IMG/VR virus record: IMGVR_UViG_2896054739_000007
Coordinates: 98,560 to 162,559 of that record
Direction: 5' to 3' (one strand)
Length of the DNA: 64,000 bases
Source: a virus
Lineage: Duplodnaviria > Caudoviricetes
The notes under the pieces: generated by a model
The model's database searches: none
Told to the model about the DNA's origin: nothing
The model's input: the letters and a program-made list of their open reading frames with translations, nothing else
Shown: positions 10,379 through 20,125 of the stretch, piece by piece
Position numbering within the stretch: position 1 is the first letter of the stretch
How the letters are laid out: every line of letters starts with the position of its first letter
Translations under genes and position numbers: made by a program

Positions 10379-11017
10379 TTGAATATGAGAAAAATAAGTA
10401 TTACGGAAGCACTTAATGAGTTGAAGTTGTATGATTCAAAAATCACAAAGGCAATTACCAACGCTACTCTTTGTGGCGCTGCTAAAAAATCATCTGATAA
10501 AGTTGGCGTTGTAAAGAAGGAAGACTTTGAAGATCGTGCAAAGGCATCTTATCAGTCTGTCACTGATTTAATTGCAAATAGAAACACTCTAAAATCTGCT
10601 GTTGTAAAGTCAAATGCAATTACGGAAGTCACTGTTGCTGATAAAATTATGACTGTTGCAGAAGCTATTGAGCGTAAAAATTCTATTGAGTATGATGAAA
10701 CTTTACTTAATGAAATGAAACGTCAATATGCAAACGCTACTGCTACTGTTGATAAGGAAAATAAGAAAGTGGATGCTAAGGTAGATGATTTACTTACTAC
10801 TCTTGTTGGGAAAGATTCTGATAAGAAATTGAGTAAAGAGGATCAGGAAGCTGTTGAGAAACCTTATAGAGAGAAAAATGAATTTGAATTTGTAGACCCT
10901 CTTGGGTTGTATGAAAAGATTCAGACTCTTGAAGCAGACATTGATGGTTTTAAGTCTAATGTGGATACGGTGCTTGTTCTTTCTAACGCAACAACCTTCA
11001 TTGAAGTAGATTTCTAA
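10379..11017 (+). CDS. Coiled-coil phage protein of unknown function
   Basis: ISITEALNELKLYDSKI...MTVAEAIERK...LSNATTFIEV; followed by a structured RNA. Confidence 0.75.
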   Translation: MNMRKISITEALNELKLYDSKITKAITNATLCGAAKKSSDKVGVVKKEDFEDRAKASYQSVTDLIANRNTLKSAVVKSNAITEVTVADKIMTVAEAIERKNSIEYDETLLNEMKRQYANATATVDKENKKVDAKVDDLLTTLVGKDSDKKLSKEDQEAVEKPYREKNEFEFVDPLGLYEKIQTLEADIDGFKSNVDTVLVLSNATTFIEVDF

Positions 11018-11031
11018 CTTTTAAACTATAT

Positions 11032-11428
11032 TGTAGTTATTACGAAAACCTAAAACTTACATCCTGTCACCTATGCAGGACATCATAGGTAAAAACAAGA
11101 TGAAAGTTTAATGCTTTCTAATGAACAAAATTCCAATATTATATAGGAATATTCGATAGAATATTTGAATGAAAATTTATCAAATGGTGATAAATTTACA
11201 TATACAGATTATTGAGATAACATCGTTTACTGCTCAATAGGTATTTATGTAAATACTTTTGGAAATGAAAATTCAAAACTCAGCATTTAAAACTTAAAAC
11301 TCACTTGTCAAAATTCTTTATTTGTAAAGTTTAAAATATAATTACTAAAATTCGATAAAATCCATGATTGAGTTTTATTCGTGTTGTGTAATTGACGATT
11401 AGGTTTGTACATGGCTGTAATAACTACA
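11032..11428 (+). ncRNA. Putative ~400-nt structured RNA with pseudoknot and heptamer repeats
   Basis: Perfect 12-bp terminal stem 11032-11043/11417-11428; H-type pseudoknot 11062-11090; 7-nt periodic AAAA(C/T)T(C/T) tract 11268-11353. Confidence 0.55.
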
Positions 11429-11520
11429 TTAAAATATTTGAGATTATAAGTATTCTTATATTCATTTCTTATACAGGTGGCGGTACTGCTATTCTAGCGG
11501 TATCGTCATTTGTTTCTTTT

Positions 11521-11595
11521 ACGGACTTAACTCAGTATGGTAAGAGTGGTGTTCTTATAAAGCACTGGTCATTGGTTCAAATCCAATAGTCCGTA
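11521..11595 (+). tRNA. tRNA-Ile (anticodon UAU)
   Basis: Cloverleaf: ACGGACT/AGTCCGT acceptor, GTGTT-CTTATAA-AGCAC anticodon arm, ATTGG-TTCAAAT-CCAAT T arm; no encoded CCA. Confidence 0.85.
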
Positions 11596-11715
11596 TTTTT
11601 TTGTCTGTTTAGTACAAACAGTCCTCCGTAGCCAGGCTCTCCGTCAATAGCCCACAAATTGTAAAATATTATAGAGTTTAAAATAAAATATACATATGAA
11701 AGGAAAATTTCATTT

Positions 11716-11946
11716 ATGGCAAAATCTAAACTAATTTTCAAAAGAAGTACGACTGATAAATTATCAGTAAAAGGTGTTTTATCAGAGGATGGAACATTTA
11801 TTACATATACTGATGAAAATGATGTAGAACAGGATGTAAAAGTAGCTGATTTGTTAAAAGTATTCATCAATCAGCCAATTGAATTTGGAGTAAGTCTTAA
11901 ATCAGATGAAGATTTAGACTTAATTACGTCGGAAGATGATGAATAG
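11716..11946 (+). CDS. Small acidic phage protein (YonK-like by context)
   Basis: 76 aa, acidic C-terminus, upstream of metallophosphoesterase as in SPbeta-like phages. Confidence 0.5.
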   Translation: MAKSKLIFKRSTTDKLSVKGVLSEDGTFITYTDENDVEQDVKVADLLKVFINQPIEFGVSLKSDEDLDLITSEDDE

Positions 11947-11953
11947 AAAGTAG

Positions 11954-13171
11954 GTGGGTATTATTACTGACTTACATAGATTAGAAAATGAGAATGAAGA
12001 ACAGTTTATATTTAGGCTCGGTTCTGCTAAAGATTCTGGAATTCTTGATATGAGTTGGGAAGAAATAGCTACAATTATAAATTCAGAATTCAGGTCTGAC
12101 GAATCTGAGTACAGGAGCGAGGCAGCATACAGGAAGCCCTATCAGCAAGCTAAGAGATATTTAGATGCTAACGCTTTTAAGACTTGTAAAGATGAAGATT
12201 CTTATTTTAAAGAGTTACAGATTCAAAAACAAGATATAAGGAAGGAAAAGCAAAAACTTTTTGATGAGCGTACAGCCCTAAATAAAACATTACGTGAAAA
12301 TGCAAGAATTGAAGAAGATTTATCCAAATTAGAACGCTTAATTAAAGAGAATGGTTCTACCACTCTTCCACTAGTGAATAATTTTATTGCATCTGCTGAC
12401 AATGATTTATTTATCTGTTTATCTGATTTTCATTTAGGAATTGACACAGATAATTATTTCGGAAAATATAATTCCGACATTGCTGCTAATAGATTATCTC
12501 AGTATTTATCAAAAATAATTGAAATACAAAAGATACATAAGTCGGAAAATGCGTATGTCGGTATATTAGGTGATATTCTTAATGGCGAAATCCATTTTAC
12601 AACGCAATTGGAAAATAGAGAAAATGTCACTGAGCAAATTCAAAAGAGTGCGGAGTTAATTTCTGCATTTATTTATGAATTGAGTAAACATTTTAGAAGT
12701 GTATATATAAATGGAGTGGCGGGGAATCACTCAAGGACATCATTTAAGGATCAGGTTCTTAGAGGAAACCGATTAGATAATCTTATACCCTGGTATATAA
12801 AAGCAAAATTAGACCATTTGCAGAATGTAATTTTTATTGATGATGAAAATTATGATTCTACTATTGCCACTTGCATAATTCGTGGCAATGAATATCTTAT
12901 GGTACATGGCGATTGGGATAGTTACTCTGAATCTGGTGTGTCTAAATTGGTTATGATGCTTAATTTCAAACCAAAAGGAATCTTTTATGGGCATTTACAT
13001 AGATGTTCATATGATGATATTGCAAACGTAAAAATTATTAGAAGTGGTAGTTTTAGCGGAACCACTGATGATTATACCATTTCTAAGAGACTTAGTGGAA
13101 AGCCTTCACAAATGGTTTGCGTAATTGATAATGATGGAATAAAGGCTTGTTATCCTGTTTCATTAGATTAA
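11954..13171 (+). CDS. Calcineurin-like metallophosphoesterase
   Basis: SDFHLG, GDILNG, GNHSR, VHGD and GHLH motifs. Confidence 0.85.
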   Translation: MGIITDLHRLENENEEQFIFRLGSAKDSGILDMSWEEIATIINSEFRSDESEYRSEAAYRKPYQQAKRYLDANAFKTCKDEDSYFKELQIQKQDIRKEKQKLFDERTALNKTLRENARIEEDLSKLERLIKENGSTTLPLVNNFIASADNDLFICLSDFHLGIDTDNYFGKYNSDIAANRLSQYLSKIIEIQKIHKSENAYVGILGDILNGEIHFTTQLENRENVTEQIQKSAELISAFIYELSKHFRSVYINGVAGNHSRTSFKDQVLRGNRLDNLIPWYIKAKLDHLQNVIFIDDENYDSTIATCIIRGNEYLMVHGDWDSYSESGVSKLVMMLNFKPKGIFYGHLHRCSYDDIANVKIIRSGSFSGTTDDYTISKRLSGKPSQMVCVIDNDGIKACYPVSLD

Positions 13172-13200
13172 CAAATAGATTACTAATTTTAAGGAGAAAT

Positions 13201-13371
13201 ATGAACGAAGATAAAAAAGTACCTGTTTTAGATTTTGAGGAAATGGTTGATTGGATTCAGTTAGAAACAAAATATGATAGAGATACAATTCAACATATTC
13301 TTGAAATGGAAACTGAATGGTTAAAACAAACAGGAGTTGTCATTGAAGAAGGAGAAAGCCCTAATGAATAA
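13201..13371 (+). CDS. Hypothetical protein
   Basis: MNEDKK start behind AAGGAG. Confidence 0.5.
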   Translation: MNEDKKVPVLDFEEMVDWIQLETKYDRDTIQHILEMETEWLKQTGVVIEEGESPNE

Positions 13372-13509
13372 ATTTCTATTCTACATAAAACAGTTATTAC
13401 CACTAAAATATCACTCAAAATATAGTCTCCAGAATGGAGAAAAACAGCTCGCAATCTGGAGACAATGGTTTGGTAAACCATTTGAGATCCAACATTTTAC
13501 ATTAGCAGA

Positions 13510-13641
13510 TTAATGGAACTCTGTACCATTACATTTAGGACAAGGTGGTAATGTGTCTGTGTTGTCATCTAACACTACTATCTGTCCACAATTATCACAG
13601 GTATATGTACCTGCCCCTGGCTTTTCACCTGTAGTTGCCAT
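13510..13641 (-). CDS. Small zinc-ribbon protein (43 aa), not in ORF track
   Basis: MATTGEKPGAGTYTCDNCGQ...LPPCPKCNGTEFH; AGGAG SD. Confidence 0.75.
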   Translation of the reverse strand: MATTGEKPGAGTYTCDNCGQIVVLDDNTDTLPPCPKCNGTEFH

Positions 13642-13835
13642 ATTCCCTATCTCCTCTCTTGTGTGATGATATTATTGTACTACAGATTGGAAAGTTATGG
13701 AATATTATTTAACAACAGAATCGTCACGAGTGGATGATTATTATATTTGGTTGACAAAGCCATAAACACATGTGTTGGAGAGTACGTGCTACTCTCCTAT
13801 TTTATTAAAATGCAAAAATAAAGGAGATTTTTATA

Positions 13836-14111
13836 ATGGTAAAGAATAATATGATTAAAGCAATTGCATCTGAGGCAGAAGTCACAAATAAGGTTGCAGA
13901 GGCAGTTATGAATGCCTATGGAAAATTTGTACTTGAATCACTAAACGAGAATCGTGATGAAAAAATTCCTCTTCCTTGGATTGGTACGTTTTCTGTAAAA
14001 CATGTTGCTGAGAGAAGTGGTGTTGCTGCTCTTGCAGGAGGCAAGGAATGGACAAAACCTGCTCATGACGAATTGAAGTTTACAATTTCAAAATCTGTCA
14101 AAGGGCTGTAA
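13836..14111 (+). CDS. hup: HU-family histone-like DNA-binding protein
   Basis: MVKNNMIKAIA...IGTFSVKHVAERSG...PAHDELKFTISKSVK. Confidence 0.85.
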   Translation: MVKNNMIKAIASEAEVTNKVAEAVMNAYGKFVLESLNENRDEKIPLPWIGTFSVKHVAERSGVAALAGGKEWTKPAHDELKFTISKSVKGL

Positions 14112-14566
14112 TTCAGACTGGCGGTGACAATATTGTATGATAAAATTGTAAAATCTGTAGATTTGACAGATGATGAACTAACAATCCTCAAAGAACTACT
14201 CTTCTATCGTTTAGATGAATGTGTATCTATTGGAGAGGAAATTACTGTGAGAGAGTTGATGGAAAAGTTAGAAAATTGATGTTTATAGTATCTGATACTT
14301 AATCAGAGTTTATAAAGCAAGGCTTACGTTCAGAAAATGGGCGTAGGTCTTATTTGTTTGGAGAAGTATAACTTAGAGATTTGCAGTGAGTGAAAATGAC
14401 TGTCGATCAGTGAAGCGACTGATTACCTTTAGACGGATAAACCATTGGTGGTACGCATGTGTAGGGTATGCTCCTACCACACCAACAATGGAGAGACTTG
14501 TGGGATAATTACCCACCACTCTCCTTTTACTGAAAATAAAATTTTTGAATAAAAGGAGAAAAGTAA

Positions 14567-15325
14567 ATGAATGAAATTTTAAATCAACACAAAAATACTA
14601 TCACAACGCTTGAAATTGCCGAAATGCTTGGAATGAAGCACTATAAAGTTCTTGAGAAATTAGAAGGTACGAAAGACGGAAAAACAAAAGGCATTATTGA
14701 TATTCTTAACGCCCACGATTTCGTGGTGGTTGAATATTTTATAAAATCATCGTATGTAGATGCAAAAGGTGAAGAAAGACCTTGTTATCTCGTTACAAAA
14801 CTTGGATGTGATTTTCTTGCAAATAAATTTACTGGTGAAAAGGGTGTTTTGTTTACTGCAAAATATGTAAAGCGTTTTGATGAAATGGAACAAGAACTTA
14901 AAAATCCATACAAACTACCGACTACATATAAAGAGGCATTAGTTCAATTACTTGAAAAAGTAGAAGAGAATGAAAAACTGATTGAAGAAAATAATCACAA
15001 GCAAATAGTTATCAATGGGCTTACAGATGAAATTCCTTTATATGAAAAGCCTGATATTATTAATAGAATTTGCAAGAAGTCTCAGGGAGGATATGCAAAC
15101 AGATATAATGAACTATACAAATGTTTTCGTGAAAATTTTCATACAGATCTAAAAATGAAATGTGAAAATTATAATGAAAAACAGATAAAGAAGAAAGATC
15201 AACTTACAACAATTCGTTATGCTGAAAAATTTGGATATATAGATGATTTATATACTTGCTGTGTAAAGTTATATGAATCAGAAGTCAGAGAAATTTTAAA
15301 AGAATTAGACGAATTACATAGGTAA
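14567..15325 (+). CDS. Rha-family phage regulatory protein
   Basis: TITTLEIAEM...CYLVTKLGCDFLANKFTGEKGVLFTAKYVKRFDEME. Confidence 0.85.
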   Translation: MNEILNQHKNTITTLEIAEMLGMKHYKVLEKLEGTKDGKTKGIIDILNAHDFVVVEYFIKSSYVDAKGEERPCYLVTKLGCDFLANKFTGEKGVLFTAKYVKRFDEMEQELKNPYKLPTTYKEALVQLLEKVEENEKLIEENNHKQIVINGLTDEIPLYEKPDIINRICKKSQGGYANRYNELYKCFRENFHTDLKMKCENYNEKQIKKKDQLTTIRYAEKFGYIDDLYTCCVKLYESEVREILKELDELHR

Positions 15326-15538
15326 GTTTTATAGAGATATGGTATTGGTGAAAGTAAATACCCTACCAGTGATGAGGCTGGTTACTTATTGAACGGAAGG
15401 AAGTGAATATTTTATGTTCACTTCTTTTTTGTTTGGAGAAAAATATAGTGTCCAATGTGATTTCTTAGGGAATCATTTGGCTTACGGACTGGTATGGACT
15501 GTAAGCTAAATTGGTATCGGAACCTGCATTTGGAATTT

Positions 15539-15623
15539 GGGAGAGGATAAGGAAGTCTAGCTAACTTCTGAAGGTGGTACTCCGTATCCCACCGCCCTCT
15601 TCTATTTTAATTTTGATACGGAG
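15539..15623 (+). promoter_or_regulatory. Structured leader with loop complementary to the translation-initiation region
   Basis: Closing stem plus two hairpins; loop CTCCGTATC (15580-15588) is complementary to GATACGGAG (15615-15623). Confidence 0.55.
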
Positions 15624-15640
15624 AGATCGGAGAAATATGA

Positions 15641-17605
15641 ATGGGAAAAGCAGTTTATTTAGATGTTGGTAATAGAAAAGTATTAGCAACAAAAATAACT
15701 TATAATGATTTGATTATTCTATATAAACAATATATAGAAAAATATAGCAGTGTTCCTATGCTTACTCAATGTTCATCTAAATACAATCTTCCGCAAGCAG
15801 GAATTGTTAAATCTGTTGTTAAAAATGAGGGTATTTCATATAATGAATTTTTATTACAATTTGGAAAAGTAAGAACTTTAGATGTAAATGGAACACATAA
15901 AAATATTAGAGATTTGAAATATGATGACTTGGTTATTTTATATAATCAATATATAAATAAATTTCATGAATTTCCAACAGCAAATAAATGTACATATCAA
16001 TATAATTTACCCTCAAGACAAATCATTTTAAAAATATTAAAAGATTGCCAAATATCTATTGATGAATTTAATAAACAATTTAGCATAAAAGACAAAAGAC
16101 GTATTTATGAAGATATTCATATTGGTGATATTATTGGCAGATGGAAAATAATAGGAAAAGGACAAAGTAAACAATCTAAAAAGAATAAAAATATTCCTTA
16201 TTGGATTTCTCAATGTACATGTGGAAGCGGAATAATTAAAGAGGTTAGTGAAAATGCTCTAAAAAGAAAACAATCATTAAGTTGTGGATGTTTGAGAAAT
16301 GAGGCCGTTGCAAACTTAAAGGGAAGCATTCGTTCACAATCATTTTATGATTGGTGCATAGAGCAACATCATGAGGAATGGTTAAAAAGATGGGACTATG
16401 ATTTAAATAATTTAGATCCAAAACATATCTCATATTGTGCACATAAACAAGTCTATTTTAAATGTGATAAAGGAATTCATAATAGTACAAAATATGAATT
16501 GGCACATGTTTCTAATATGGACATTATACGATGTAAGTATTGTAATTCTTTTGCACAAAAGTTAATAGACGAAAAAGGTGAAAATGCTTTAGAATTATAC
16601 TGGGATTATGATAAAAACAAACAAAATCCATGGGAAATTCCTGCATATTCAAAAGAACATGTGTGGATTAAATGTACCAAAACAGATTATCATGGGTCAT
16701 ATAAGGTTTCCAGACAAAATGCTTTAAGAAACGAGTGTCCATATTGTTCTCATATAAGGATTCATCCAAAAGATAGTTTTGCTCAATGGATGATTGACAA
16801 ATATGGCAAAAATAATTTTGAAAAAATATGGAATTATGATATGAATACAATTAATCCATTTGCAATAGCACCTTCTACAAGAACATCAAAAGTTTGGTTG
16901 AATTGTATAGATACAACATATCATCCTCCAACTCATGTATATCCTAATGATGTAAAAAATCATGAACATCATTGTAGTTATTGTGCTAAAAAATCTGTTT
17001 GCAAAGAAGATAGTCTTGGTTATATATATCCAGAGTCATTTAAATATTGGTCTGATAAAAATAATAAGACGCCTTATGAATACTTACCATATTCAAGTCA
17101 AAAAGTATGGTGGAAATGTAAGGATGATATTCACAAAGATTATATTAGAAGTATTTGTGATAGTGTAAATTATGAGTTTAGATGTCCTAAGTGTTCATAT
17201 GAAAAAGGTATATCATTTTTACAAGAAAAAGTGGATACATACATTACGGATAAATATGGATATAATACGCTTCATGAACATAATTGTAATATTGTTCCTA
17301 TTAATCCAAAAACAAATTTTCCATTACCTTTTGATAATGAAATTGTCGAATTGAAATTGATTATTGAAGTCCATGGGAAACAACATTACGAAATAACAGG
17401 ATTTACACAATTAACAGCAAAGCATTATAATACTACGCCTGAATATGAATTAAAATATCAAAAATGGAAAGATAAATACAAAAAGGAATATGCTTTAAAA
17501 AATGGATATAATTTTTTAGAAATACCATATTGGACTGAAATCGACAATACATATCAGTCATTAATAGATAACAAAATTAAAACGATTTTAAAAGAAGCGG
17601 TTTAA
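15641..17605 (+). CDS. Multi-zinc-ribbon protein with C-terminal PD-(D/E)XK/Vsr-like endonuclease (free-standing homing endonuclease-like)
   Basis: Repeated WDYDKN..P..VWWKC..H..CPYC units; LPFDNEI..LIIEVHGKQHY..NFLEIPYW. Confidence 0.75.
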   Translation: MGKAVYLDVGNRKVLATKITYNDLIILYKQYIEKYSSVPMLTQCSSKYNLPQAGIVKSVVKNEGISYNEFLLQFGKVRTLDVNGTHKNIRDLKYDDLVILYNQYINKFHEFPTANKCTYQYNLPSRQIILKILKDCQISIDEFNKQFSIKDKRRIYEDIHIGDIIGRWKIIGKGQSKQSKKNKNIPYWISQCTCGSGIIKEVSENALKRKQSLSCGCLRNEAVANLKGSIRSQSFYDWCIEQHHEEWLKRWDYDLNNLDPKHISYCAHKQVYFKCDKGIHNSTKYELAHVSNMDIIRCKYCNSFAQKLIDEKGENALELYWDYDKNKQNPWEIPAYSKEHVWIKCTKTDYHGSYKVSRQNALRNECPYCSHIRIHPKDSFAQWMIDKYGKNNFEKIWNYDMNTINPFAIAPSTRTSKVWLNCIDTTYHPPTHVYPNDVKNHEHHCSYCAKKSVCKEDSLGYIYPESFKYWSDKNNKTPYEYLPYSSQKVWWKCKDDIHKDYIRSICDSVNYEFRCPKCSYEKGISFLQEKVDTYITDKYGYNTLHEHNCNIVPINPKTNFPLPFDNEIVELKLIIEVHGKQHYEITGFTQLTAKHYNTTPEYELKYQKWKDKYKKEYALKNGYNFLEIPYWTEIDNTYQSLIDNKIKTILKEAV

Positions 17606-17648
17606 TATTTAATCACTTCTTTTTTTGTTTGAAAGGAAGTGATACTTA

Positions 17649-18602
17649 ATGCCAGAACGCAGTAAACGAATTTGTCTTTATGATGAAGAAAAAGCAAAAC
17701 ATATAAATCCAGAAACATTAAAATTGTTCCAAAAATATCAGATAGATATGTCAATTCGTGATTTATCTAAAAATACTATTTTACAGTATAATTCAGATCT
17801 TATGCAGTGGTTTATTTATATGTATAACAATCAATTTAATTTATCTGTAGTCGAGGCTAAAGATGAAGATCTCGAAGAATACTATTATTGGAGAAAACAG
17901 CAAGGGAATAATGTTAATAGACAAAAACGTGTAATGGCTTCTATTTCTGCTTTCTATAAGTTTTTGCGTAAGAAAAAATTAATCGTAGAATCTCCTGTTG
18001 AATTTATTGAACGTCCAAAAGCAGGACAACCAATTACTGTGCAAACATATCTTACAAAAGATCAAGTACAGTTAATGCGTGAGAAATTACAGGAGCATGG
18101 AGATATTCAATTACAGACTTATGCTTTTGTTTCCTTAACTACTATGGCAAGAGTAAATGCTGTTGCAAATTTACGTTGGGAACAGATTGATTGGGATGAA
18201 AGAATATTTTCGGACGTATTAGAAAAAGAGGGTAAAATTGTTGAATTATCTTTTTCGGAAGAAACAAAGAGATATCTTGAAAATCTTGTACAGTACAGAA
18301 AAGATAATGAGATAAATGATTATGGTTGGGTATTTATTAGTCCTTACGTTACTGAAGATAAACCTATAAATAATGGAACTTTGAATGATTGGTGTAAGGT
18401 AATTGGAGAAATGATCGGTGAACCAACACTTCACTGCCACGATTTTCGTCATTCATATGCCACGTTGCTTAAAAATGAAGGCGTAAATTTAGAGGATGTA
18501 TCTGTTATGTTAAATCATTCTGGAACTGATGTCACGAAGAAATTCTACATAAAAACGGATACTTCCAAAGTTCGTAAAATAAAGGATTCTATCAACATTT
18601 GA
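17649..18602 (+). CDS. Tyrosine recombinase/integrase (XerD-like)
   Basis: TMARVNAV, EKEGK, HDFRHSYAT, LNHSGTDVTKKFY catalytic motifs. Confidence 0.9.
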   Translation: MPERSKRICLYDEEKAKHINPETLKLFQKYQIDMSIRDLSKNTILQYNSDLMQWFIYMYNNQFNLSVVEAKDEDLEEYYYWRKQQGNNVNRQKRVMASISAFYKFLRKKKLIVESPVEFIERPKAGQPITVQTYLTKDQVQLMREKLQEHGDIQLQTYAFVSLTTMARVNAVANLRWEQIDWDERIFSDVLEKEGKIVELSFSEETKRYLENLVQYRKDNEINDYGWVFISPYVTEDKPINNGTLNDWCKVIGEMIGEPTLHCHDFRHSYATLLKNEGVNLEDVSVMLNHSGTDVTKKFYIKTDTSKVRKIKDSINI

Positions 18603-18698
18603 CCCAATAAATCTCCAATTTCATCCAAGCACAACAATATATCCGCAATTACGTAACAAAACATTGACAACAGTTACGAATTGGTTTAAGATATTCTG

Positions 18699-18845
18699 TA
18701 GAAAGAGATTCTACACAAAACAAACAGCATCCGTTAGACGGTTGAGCCATAATTTGGTCGATTAATGGCTAATAAAACAAAATTGAATTATTAACACAAA
18801 AGTAACCGCTTTATTTCTCATGGCGGTTATTTTTGTGCCTTTTAT
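18699..18845 (+). ncRNA. Putative antisense antitoxin RNA of a type I TA locus
   Basis: TTGACA(18664)-17 bp-TAAGAT(18687) promoter; ends at hairpin 18795-18837 overlapping the toxin 3' end. Confidence 0.55.
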
Positions 18846-18930
18846 CAAGGAACTTGACTATGTAAGCTGAAACTACTCCGCTTACAACGCCAATAACTAA
18901 AGGTATTACAATTAGTTCACAAATTGTCAC
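18811..18930 (-). CDS. Fst/Ldr-like type I toxin peptide (39 aa), not in ORF track
   Basis: MTICELIVIPLVIGVVSGVVSAYIVKFLDKRHKNNRHEK; AAAGGAGGGTG SD; minus-strand TTGACA(19089)-17 bp-TAGAAT promoter. Confidence 0.75.
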   Translation of the reverse strand: MTICELIVIPLVIGVVSGVVSAYIVKFLDKRHKNNRHEK

Positions 18931-19235
18931 TTCTTTTATCACCCTCCTTTCTGAGCAAGGGTATCTATAAGATTAACAGAACATCGCTGTCCTGACGTGA
19001 CTCAACCGCCTAACCGTCTTATCTAGCCAAAATAAAACGTGGATGCTGCTTGCACTTATTATTCTACAAAATATCCCATATATTGTCAAATAAATAGTAA
19101 CAAAAAAAACTATAACAGGCTGACAACTGATAAGGAAAGTGTTGAGAGATTAAATTAGCGAATGGCTGCTGGGCAGTCTGACATTCTGGAAAGACAGAAT
19201 ATTCAGGAGAGTTTTCAGCACTCTCCTATTTTCAT

Positions 19236-19793
19236 GGGTAGGTGGCACAGCGGGGATAATAATACAATACATGAGGTGATATTTATAAGACAATGCTATG
19301 TTTGGAATCTTAGTAGGGAAGAAATACAAGAAAAAGTAAATCATTGTAATAGTATATGTGATATGCTTGAAATTTTTGGATTTAAAAAAACAAGCGGAAG
19401 TATGGCTAAAGTAATGAAAAATATAATCGATACATATAACATAAACACATCACACTTTAAACCATATAAAAGAACAAATCAAAAGCCAAAATATTCTTTA
19501 TCTGAAATATTAGTCTGTAATTCCACCTATACAAATATTGCAAAATTAAAAGAACGAATTATAAAAGCTGGCATTTTAGAATATAGATGCGAATGCTGTG
19601 GTAATAAAGGAGTATGGAATGGACAAAAATTAACATTACAACTAGATCATAAAAATGGTGATCATACTAATCATTCTATTAATAATTTAAGATTTCTTTG
19701 TCCAAATTGTCATTCTCAAACTGAAACATTTGCGGGTAGAAATGCTAAATATGGTAGCAGATAACATCAGAGGTTCAAATCCTCTCCTGCCCA
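19236..19793 (+). pseudogene. tRNA interrupted by an HNH endonuclease gene
   Basis: 5' piece GGGTAGG-TG-GCAC-AGCGG (19236-19253) and 3' piece AGAGG-TTCAAAT-CCTCT-CCTGCCC-A (19769-19793) form acceptor and T arms around the HNH ORF; anticodon arm not recoverable. Confidence 0.6.
19285..19764 (+). CDS. HNH endonuclease (start probably ATA at 19285)
   Basis: CECCG..LQLDHKNGDHTNHSINNLRFLCPNCHSQT; GAGGTG SD. Confidence 0.85.
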   Translation: MRQCYVWNLSREEIQEKVNHCNSICDMLEIFGFKKTSGSMAKVMKNIIDTYNINTSHFKPYKRTNQKPKYSLSEILVCNSTYTNIAKLKERIIKAGILEYRCECCGNKGVWNGQKLTLQLDHKNGDHTNHSINNLRFLCPNCHSQTETFAGRNAKYGSR

Positions 19794-19834
19794 CTATATA
19801 AAAACAAAAATATAAAAAGAAAGTTGGTAAATAA

Positions 19835-20125
19835 ATGGAAACTCATGATATTGATAGACCTTTAAAGATGGGAGAAATCAGAAGTGTTAGAAGTAATGGT
19901 GGAACAACTCTGAATATGCTGGAATTGCTTTTCTCTCCCACTACCATAGCAAAATTTGAAGTAAATAGAAATACAAATAAGGTTGATTTTTTAATAGATA
20001 ATGTTGATTTAAAGTACCAGGATCTAAGATGTTCTCTCAGTAAAGATGTACTTAGAGATTTGTACATCTATATCAGGGATCTCTATAATGAATTGAATGA
20101 TAAAGAAAGCGAGGAAAACAAATAA
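19835..20125 (+). CDS. Hypothetical protein
   Basis: ORF coupled to next gene (TAATG overlap). Confidence 0.6.
   Translation: METHDIDRPLKMGEIRSVRSNGGTTLNMLELLFSPTTIAKFEVNRNTNKVDFLIDNVDLKYQDLRCSLSKDVLRDLYIYIRDLYNELNDKESEENK

Noticed and set aside
11392-11589. 65-aa ORF
   Set aside because: No SD; overlaps the tRNA-Ile and the structured RNA end.
17649-18602. Recombinase as prophage boundary (att site)
   Set aside because: Phage genes continue on both sides and no att-like repeat or host gene is visible.
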